From positions 44,831-108,830 of the forward strand of contig CAIRHO010000004.1 of NCBI GenBank assembly GCA_903878415.1: 64,000 nt of DNA, in the 5' to 3' direction. How positions within the stretch are numbered: the first letter of the stretch is position 1; every line of letters begins with the position of its first letter. Positions 1 through 9,000 of the stretch are shown here, one piece after another. Both the position numbers and the translations under genes were made by a program. Below the pieces are notes generated by a model, which worked only from the letters and a program-made list of their open reading frames with translations, was not told where the DNA came from and searched no databases. The DNA comes from an uncultured Actinomycetes bacterium. Lineage in GTDB: Bacteria; Actinomycetota; Actinomycetes; Nanopelagicales; Nanopelagicaceae.

Positions 1-3000
1 GCAGTGAGCAGTGGAACGGTCACCACTACTTTCTCAGTTTCATCCGGCTCACCAAGCTCTTTTCAATATTCAACTGATGCTGGAAGCACGTGGGCCACAA
101 AATCAACAACGCTTTCAAGCAGTGTTTACACTATGGTTATCACAAAATTGAGTTCGGATGGAACTACAGATTTGGTAAATGGAACCACATATCCAATTCA
201 GCTACGCGGAGTTAATAGTTACGGAAATGGATTTGCCTCTAGCTCATCTAATCAAGCACCTGGAGCGGCACCAAGTGCACCAACGAGCTTAATTGTCTCT
301 CCTGGAAATCTTCAAGCAACCGTTTCATGGACCGCCCCAACTAATGTAAATGGTTATGCAGTATCTGGCTATAAGACTGAATATTCAACCAATAACACAA
401 GTTGGACGACAGCTTCAAGCAATACTGCCAGTGCGACCACTTCATATACATTTACGGGGCTAAGCAATGGGTCTAGCTACTATTTTAGAGTAAGTGCAAT
501 AAATTCCAAAGGCACTAGCTCTACCTTGAGCTCGAGCAGTTCACAAAAAATTGGCGTGCCATCTGACCCAACCATCACCGGAATTACCCCAGGCGACAAC
601 ACATTGTCTGTGGCTTTTACTGCGCCAACGTCTACAAATGGCGCGAGCATTACCAACTATGAATATTCAACGAATAATGGAAGCACATGGAGCACAAGAT
701 CTCCGACATCGACGTCATCACCTTTGGTCATCTCATCAGGAGTTTCAAATGGAACTACTTACACTGTCGCGATAAGAGCAGTAAATTCAAATGGAAGTGG
801 AGTGACTTCGAATTTAGTTCAGGCCGTACCCGCAAATAGCGTAGTTGCACCTGCAGCCCCCACGATTTCTTCAATAACAGCAGGCAACACACAAGCTTCT
901 GTTGTATTTACACCTGGCTCGGATGGCGGAGCCTCGATAACAAACTACAAATATTCCATTAATGGCGGGAGTACCTGGGTAACTCCATCCCCAGCCGTTA
1001 CAAGTTCACCTTTAGTTATTACAGGGCTAACTAATGGAACTTCTTACAGCATTTCAATTAAAGCGGTTAACTCTGCCGGAGATGGAGCAGCTGCAACGGC
1101 AGTCTCAGTTGTTCCAGCAACAACACCAGGTGCTCCAACATCGGTAACACTTACTGCCGGTGATAGTGCATTTGATGTTAGTTGGATAGCCCCCTCATCA
1201 AACGGTGGAAATGCCGTTAAAAGTTATAAAGTTGAGTATTTACCAGTAAGCGGCAGCTGGACAACTGCAATCTCAAACACTGGCTCTACGAATTTAACTT
1301 ATACAGTAACTGGATTATCTGCAGCAACTAGTTATTCATTTAGAGTAAGTGCGATAAACGATATGGGTACCGGATCAGCCTCAACGGCATCAAGTGTGAC
1401 AGTGGCAGTTACAGTGCCAGGTGCGCCAACCATTACCTCAATCGTTGGCACATATCAGCAGTTAAATATCAATTTTACTGTTCCAACCTCTGACGGAGGG
1501 TCCTCAATTATTGATTATGAGTATTCGACCGACAATGGCACTAATTGGGATGCCATTGGCTCCACAGCAAACCCCATTCAAACAAATACCGAAAGTGATG
1601 GCGTAACAACACTTTCAAACAAAAGTTATTCAGTAAAAATCCGCGCCGTTAATGCAGTTGGGCACGGAGCTGCCTCAAGTATGGTGACTGGCACACCCAA
1701 CTCGGCAACTAAGCTAGGAATCACTACGCAACCATCCACAGTTGCCAATGGAGCAACCATGTCTAGCGTGGTTGTTAAAGTCCAAGATTCTGGAAGTAGC
1801 ACTGTTACTAGCTCTGCAGCTCAAATTTCAGTATCAATCGCATCTGGTTCAGGTTCATTTTGTGATGGAGTAACAACTACGGTCACTGCTTCATCTGGAA
1901 TAGCAACCTTTTCTACACTTTGCGTTATAGGGACCATAGGTTCATACACTTTAAATTTCACGGCAGATGGTCTAACCGACACAACATCTAATTCATTCAC
2001 CCTTTCTGTCGGCAGTGCAACAAAAGTTGTAGTGACGCGAGCCTCAGCAGGAACGGCTTCAGGCGCGGCATTTACGACTCAACCCCAAGTAACTATTCAA
2101 GATTCAGGCGGCAACACAGTTACAGGTTCTAGTGCCGTCGTAACGGCGACTATTAGCGCTGGTGGAACTCTTGAAGGAACAAAAACCGCAACGGCTTCAT
2201 CTGGAATTGCGACTTTTAGCGATTTAGGTATTACCGGCACGGCAGGAACCCCTTACACAATTACCTATACCGGGGCTGGCGGATTAACGATTGCGACAGC
2301 ATCAGTAACTGTAACTGTCGGCAGCGCAACAAAACTTGCAGTCACGCGAGCGCCAGCAGGAACTGCTTCAGGCGCGACATTTACTACTCAACCACAAGTA
2401 ACAATGCAAGATTCAGGCGGTAATACAGTTACGAGTTCGAATGCGGTTGTAACAGCAACGATTAGCGCTGGTGGAACTCTTGAAGGAACAAAAACCGCTA
2501 CTGCTTCATCGGGGATCGCAACTTTTAGTGATTTAGGCATTTCTGGTACTGCAGGAACTGAGTACACAATTACTTATGGAGGAGCACTAGGGATAACCGT
2601 CGCGACAGCAACTGTGACAGTTACCGCCGGTAGCGGTTCTACATTGTCAATAACTACTTCTGCTTCAGGAGCAGCCGCACATGCGGCATTTACTACCCAA
2701 CCAGTCATCCAACTAAAGGATTCTGGTGGAAACAATATTTCCACTTCTGGCGTGACAGTTACGGCAACTCTTTCCAGTGGAACTTTTTCATCTGGTTCTT
2801 CCACAGCGACAGCCACGTCTTCTTCGGGTGTAGCAACCTTTTCCGGTTTGCAGCTCAATACGGTTGGATCAGTAACAATCACGTATTCAGTAGCTGGATA
2901 TTCATCAAGTGCCAACCAGTCTTTATCAGTTTCAACCGGTACAACCACAAATTCAATTGCACTTACTGGAGCAGCGACTACAGCAAAATATGCCACCGCA

Positions 3001-6000
3001 GTGACAATTACAGCCACAGTCGGTCAAGCTGGTGCTGTTAATTTCAAAGTTGGTGGAAGTTCTATCAGTGGTTGCTCTGCAGTATCTTCGAGCGCAGGGA
3101 CCGCAACCTGTTCTTGGACGCCGGCGGCTGTTAATGCGTCAACTGCGCTCACCGCCGTTTTGACTCCAACTGATGTTACATACGCTTTGGTAACTTCAGC
3201 TACATTAACTATTAACGTAGGTAAAGCGACGCCGGTGATTACGTGGACAACACCGTCCCCAATTCGCCCTTCGGTAACTCTTTCAAGTACACAGCTTTCA
3301 GCGACTGCTTCGGTTGCTGGAACATTTGCATTTACCCCAGCAAGTGGAGATAGTGTTACAACGGGTACCGTCGAACTCTCTGCGACATTTACACCAACAG
3401 ATACAACTAATTATGAAGCAGTTATAACCACAAGAAACCTTGTTGTTCTAGGTGCAATTTCTCCAGGTGCACCCACATCACCAGTTGCCACTACTCCCGG
3501 ATCTGGTTCAGGAACCTTAGATCTCAGTTGGACAGCACCCACAGATGACGGTGGTGCCGTAATTGATAACTATGAATACAGAATCGCACTTTATGACGAA
3601 AGTTCTTTGTCGTGGAGTGACTGGACCACCGCAGCAACAGCTTCAACCAGTAAAAGTATTTCTGGATTGGGAAAGCACAAATATTACGTAATACAAATTC
3701 GCGCGCATAACAGCGCCGGCTACAGCACTGCTTCAACAACAAGCACTAAGAGCTACTCATCAGGAACTGAAGTAACAATATTTGCCGCACCAACAAACGT
3801 GCTGGCGGTATTTACTGCATCAACTGGAAATACAAAGGTCAATTTCACTCCACCAGTTGGTGCAACCGATTCAACAAATTACCAATATTCAACTGATGAT
3901 GGAGTCTCATGGAAGTCAGTCTCTGTAACCTCAGATGGTGATACTAAAAAGCAATTCACTCTCAGCGGTTTAACAAAAGGCACGACTTATAAAATTAAAG
4001 TGCGTGGACTAAATGAAGCCGGAAATGGTTCCGAAAACACTGCGTACACACTAACGCCAGTGTCAGCGCCGAACACTCCCACTATTGATTCAGGTACGCC
4101 AAGCAGCGGAAAAATTACTGTAGTTTTTAGTACTTCAACTGATACTGGCGGTCAAGCCGTCACGTATCAATACCGAACCGCCGAAGAAGGCTCGTGGGTA
4201 AACGTCCCTTCAAACCTGTCGCCGTTTGAAATTACATCAATAAGCAATGATCAAAGCTATCCAATTCAGATGCGAGCCCGCAATGCAACGGGAGATAGCA
4301 ATCCGACTTCAGCGACTGTTGTAAATGCTATCCGCGCAGGCTCAGCAACTATCAGGACACAACCATCGGACACTTCATTAACAAATGGACAAACTGCAGG
4401 TTATTCATTGACAGTGAGTGCAACGGCATCGAGTGATCGAGACACACTCTCCTATCAGTGGTACAAAAATTCCGAAGCAATTTCAGGCGCAACGGCGGCG
4501 ACTTACACAGTATCGGGTCCAATAACTACAAGTAATGCTGGAACCTTTTATGTAATAGTGACAGCTACGGCGAACGGGACTTCGTTAACAACTCAGTCAA
4601 ACAATGCAGTTGTGACCGTGAATGCAGCCCCAAGCATTACATCGAGTGCGCTGGCTGGCGCAACTAAAGGTTCGGAATACTCAGCGACTTTGGCTGGTAC
4701 TGGTGGCGTACCCTCTTATACATTCTCGGTTGTAAGTGGTTCTCTTCCAACTGGATTAACTCTATCGTCAGGAACAATTTCAGGAACTGTTTCAAATACT
4801 GTAACAACCGGCACTAAAACAATTGCTGTGACAATTACCGACTCAAAGGGAGTTTCGACTACTGCAAATGTAACCATTGTAGTTTCAGCGAGTATTTCGA
4901 TTACCACGAGTTCATTAGGGTCGGCCTCTAAAGGCTCTGCATACTCAGTCACACTTGCTGCATCTGGCGGAAATGAAACATACACATGGAGCTTGGGAGA
5001 AGATTCTGAATTACCGAGCGGCCTAACCCTTGCTGGTGCAACCGGAGTTATCTCTGGCACCCCTACGAACGCAGCATCATCGAAGACTTTTACCATTCGA
5101 GTAACTGATGGAAACCGAGCAACTACGACTTCGCGTTTCACAATCAATATAACCTCAGCAGTGCCTAATGCCCCAACTTCCCTTACTGCCACAAGTGGAG
5201 ATAAGTCAATTGTTTTAGCATGGACCGCTCCAACTGCTGTTACGGGAGTAGTTATAACTAACTACATTATTAACTTTATTAAACCAAAAGGTGAACACAA
5301 CGACGATGGTGGCGATGATGATGAAGAAAAAGGATCTGTATCAATCTCAGCTCCTGCAACTTCTTATACGTTAACGGGATTAAAGAATGGTTTGAGTTAC
5401 ACAGTTACAGTGAGTGCGAAAAGCTCAGGTGGAACCGGAACCGCATCTAATTCGGCTACAGCTGTAACAGCGGGTAAAGCATCGGCCCCAACATCTGTTA
5501 CAGCCGGAGTAGTTAAAACTGGAATTTCCGTCCGGTGGAAAAAACCAGAAGATAACGGAGGCAAAAACGTTACTTCATGGAAGGCCGAGTGTCTAAACAC
5601 AACTACTTCAGTTGCTATTACTAAGACTGTTTCTTCGCCAGATCGCAGCGATGGTGATGAAAACCAATATCGTTACACGCTTTTAAAGGCAGAACTGACT
5701 GCCGGCGCTTCCTACAAGTGCCGAGTTCTAGGAACTACCTCAAATGGCGATGGCTCATGGAGTTCTTATAGTTCAACAATTGTTTTCGCTACAGTTCCAT
5801 CTACTCCAGGAACAATCACCACTGATACAACCACTGGAGGAAAAGTAGTTGTGAGTTGGTTGGCATCATCCGATGATGGTGGTAGCCCAATTACAAGTTA
5901 TTCAGCTTGGATTTATAAAAAGAAGGATGGGGAGAGTGAAGAGAGTGATAGCAAGAGAACGTGTACTTCTACCCCTGCAGCGCTAACTTGCACATTAGTG

Positions 6001-9000
6001 GGAGTGCCCACCAAGGGAACATTCAATGTTTATGTCTCAGCAGTTAATGAGCTTGGTGAATCTGAAACACCAGCTATTAAGAACGTAATCATCACAGGAA
6101 AAACCCAAACCATCTCAAAACCATCAATTTCTGGGAAGAAGGTAGGTGACGCAGATTTTAATTTTGGTGTTACTAACTCATCTGGTTTAAAACTTGTTTA
6201 TAGCGTCGTATCTCCTTATTCATCAGTCTGCTCAATAAGCTATAAAGGCGTAGTTCATATTAAGATTGCTGGAACGTGTCGCATCAATTACAGTCAGGAC
6301 GGCCATCGAAAGAAGGAAGATGATTCTGACGACGGAGATTCTGAATATGAACCAATAACACCAGACTATGTAGAGTTTTCCATCGCAGACAGAGCACCAA
6401 CTGTTCCCACCATAACCTCAGTGACAATCGGCAATACGCAGCTCACTCTCAACTGGAGTGCTCCTTCTAACTCTGGTGGCATTCAAACAGGATACGAAGT
6501 CCAGTCGGCAACAAATGCAAGCTGTGCAACAACTTGCATTTGGTCTTCAAGTCTTACTCCAGCAGCAGATGCCCTATCTCAAGTTTTTGGTTCTCTAACA
6601 AATGGAATCGCCTACCAACTTCGAATACTTGCTAAGAATGCAGGCGGATCCTCAGCATGGGTAGTCGCAAGCTCTACCTACACCCCTTACACAGTTCCAA
6701 ATAAACCGGTAATAACAAATCCGATAACCGGTGTAGCTGCAACATCAACGGTAACAGTGGCCTGGAGCGCAGTTACGTCTAATGGTTCCTCAGTAACTAG
6801 CTATGTAATTTCTGGTACAGCAACCGGACTACCAGATAAAACTTGCACGGTAGGCGGATCCACCACATCTTGCGCAATCACGGGAATTCAAAATGACAAT
6901 ACTTATTCATTTACGATGGTTGCAAAGAATGCAGCGGGAACTAGTGCAGTTTCAGATCCTCAAACTATTAAATTAGCAGCAATTGCACAATCAATTACAG
7001 TCACATCGGTTCCTTCTATTTACGGTTGGACAGTGGGGGACCCAGACCTTCAAATCAATGCAAGTGCGAACAGCGGCCTTCCTTTGCAATGGTCGATTAA
7101 CGATTCATCAGTATGTTCAGTAACTTCTTCAGGAAACGTACACTTTAAAATTGCAGGCACATGTGAAGTTTATATAAAGCAAAATGGTAAAGATGCTTCT
7201 GGCAATGCAACAAAATATGCTGCAGCTACAGACGCCACGCCAATTCAATTGGTAATTGAAGCAGCAACACCTTCTGCACCAACTATTACATCAGTGACTA
7301 ATGATCCAAGCGGTCTTGTAATTGTGTGGAGTGCACCTTCTCGCGTGGGCGGAGGAACAATCTATTACAACCTCTCGGGTGTAAATGGTGGTTCAACAGT
7401 TACATGTGTTGAAACAGCTAGTTTGGGTTGCACCATAAACAGCGTAACAAAAGGCCTTTCCTATGCCTTTACTGTTACGGCTCGCAACACTGCTGGAACA
7501 GGATCTGCTTCAAACACCGTATATGGCACATGGATGACTGTGCCGTCAGTACCAATTGCAGGAACCGCAACTTCAATTGCAAATGCTTCTAATGGTAAAT
7601 CGCTGGATATATTTTGGAAGAAGAGTGTTAATGATAATGGTTCGGCCATTAGTCGATACGTAGTTAGCGCTTCTTCTGCCGGATACACAACTCAAACATG
7701 TTCGGTGAATCGCGATGATTCGATCACGACTGGGGATTACTCCTGCACCGTTCAAAACTTACGCGCTGGTGTCAGCTATGCAGTTTCTGTTGTTGCTAAA
7801 AACTCAGTTGGTGATAGTTCTGCATTATCTATTGGCAATATCATTCCTGGTCTGTCACAAACAGTCACAGTCTCAACACCAATATCTAAATTCATAGGTA
7901 ACAGTGACTTTACGTTAACGGCAACTGCTACTTCTGGTGGTGCTTTAACATTTGCAACTTCCGATAGTACCTGCACGGTGGTATCGGGCACTGGACTAGT
8001 TCATATAGTTTCTGTTGGAACATGTACCGTCACGGCAACTCAAGCCGGAGCTACGAATTCTGACGATTCAATGTATAAGTCCGCATCTGCAAATTCTGTA
8101 ATCACAATTTCAGCAGCTGCGCCAGGTAAAGCCACGATCACTAAAGTGGTAGGCGGCGACACTAAACTTACAATTACTTGGACCAACCCTACATTTACTG
8201 GTGGGGCTACATTAACTCAAGAAGTAACCGCGACTGCGAGTGAAACTGCCACAAGGACCTGTACTACAAGTCCATCAGCAACTACTTGCGAAATTACTGG
8301 TTTAACTAACACGGTCACCTACACATTGGTTGTAAAGGAAATAAACACCGCAGGCAATAGCCTGTCTGATTCAGCTGAAGGTGTGCCATTTTTGAACTCC
8401 CGAGCCCCAATGCCAATAACTGCAACGGGCGGGATCCGCGAAGTAGCCCTCACGTGGGTAGCACCTGCAGAGTATGAAGTTGGTTACAGCCTGCACCACT
8501 ATGTAATTTATAAAGATAATGTTGTTTGGCTAACAACAAGTGATAGTTCTACGGTTTCAGCAACAGTTTCGGGTTTAGCGAACTTCACAACGTATTCATT
8601 TAAAGCCAGAGCGGTAGTAGTTAAAAATGCTGACGCTACTGTCTTTTTAGATGGCGACTTTACGTCTATAGCAACAGCAAAAACACTCAATGTACCTTCG
8701 GCACCCTCTTCATTAGGTGTGACTGCGACTAGTACAACCTTGGCAGTTTCTTGGAATACACCAGAAGCAGATGGTGGTTCATCAATTCTTTCATATGTTG
8801 CTTCTGCAACTGCGGCCAGTGTTACAACTTCCTGTCCAGCAACTGCGCCTGCAAGAACTTGCACAATAACAGGATTGACACTTGGAACTACATACGCGAT
8901 ATCAGTTACGGCAACAAATGCTGTTGGAACTGGAAGTGCTCTAACTGGAAGTCAAGCAACTACTGCCGCTCCCACAGCCCCTGAATTAGTTTCAGCAGTA

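Noticed and set aside
4740-5030. LPTGL and LPSGL strings in the giant protein looked like possible sortase LPXTG sorting signals.
   Set aside because: They are internal parts of the He_PIG-type consensus (S-L-P-x-G-L-x-L). They do not match L-P-x-T-G and are not followed by a hydrophobic helix plus basic tail at a C-terminus.
2574-8864. Many 60-160-aa ORFs lie antisense to or out of frame with the giant gene. Examples are 2574..3017, 4716..5192, 7776..7991, 8508..8864, 551..775 and 8751..8984.
   Set aside because: All are nested inside a continuous 10.7-kb ORF that has clear domain periodicity. Their translations are low-complexity mirror images of the T/S/A/G-rich frame, and none has a start-site context. 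They are compositional artefacts.
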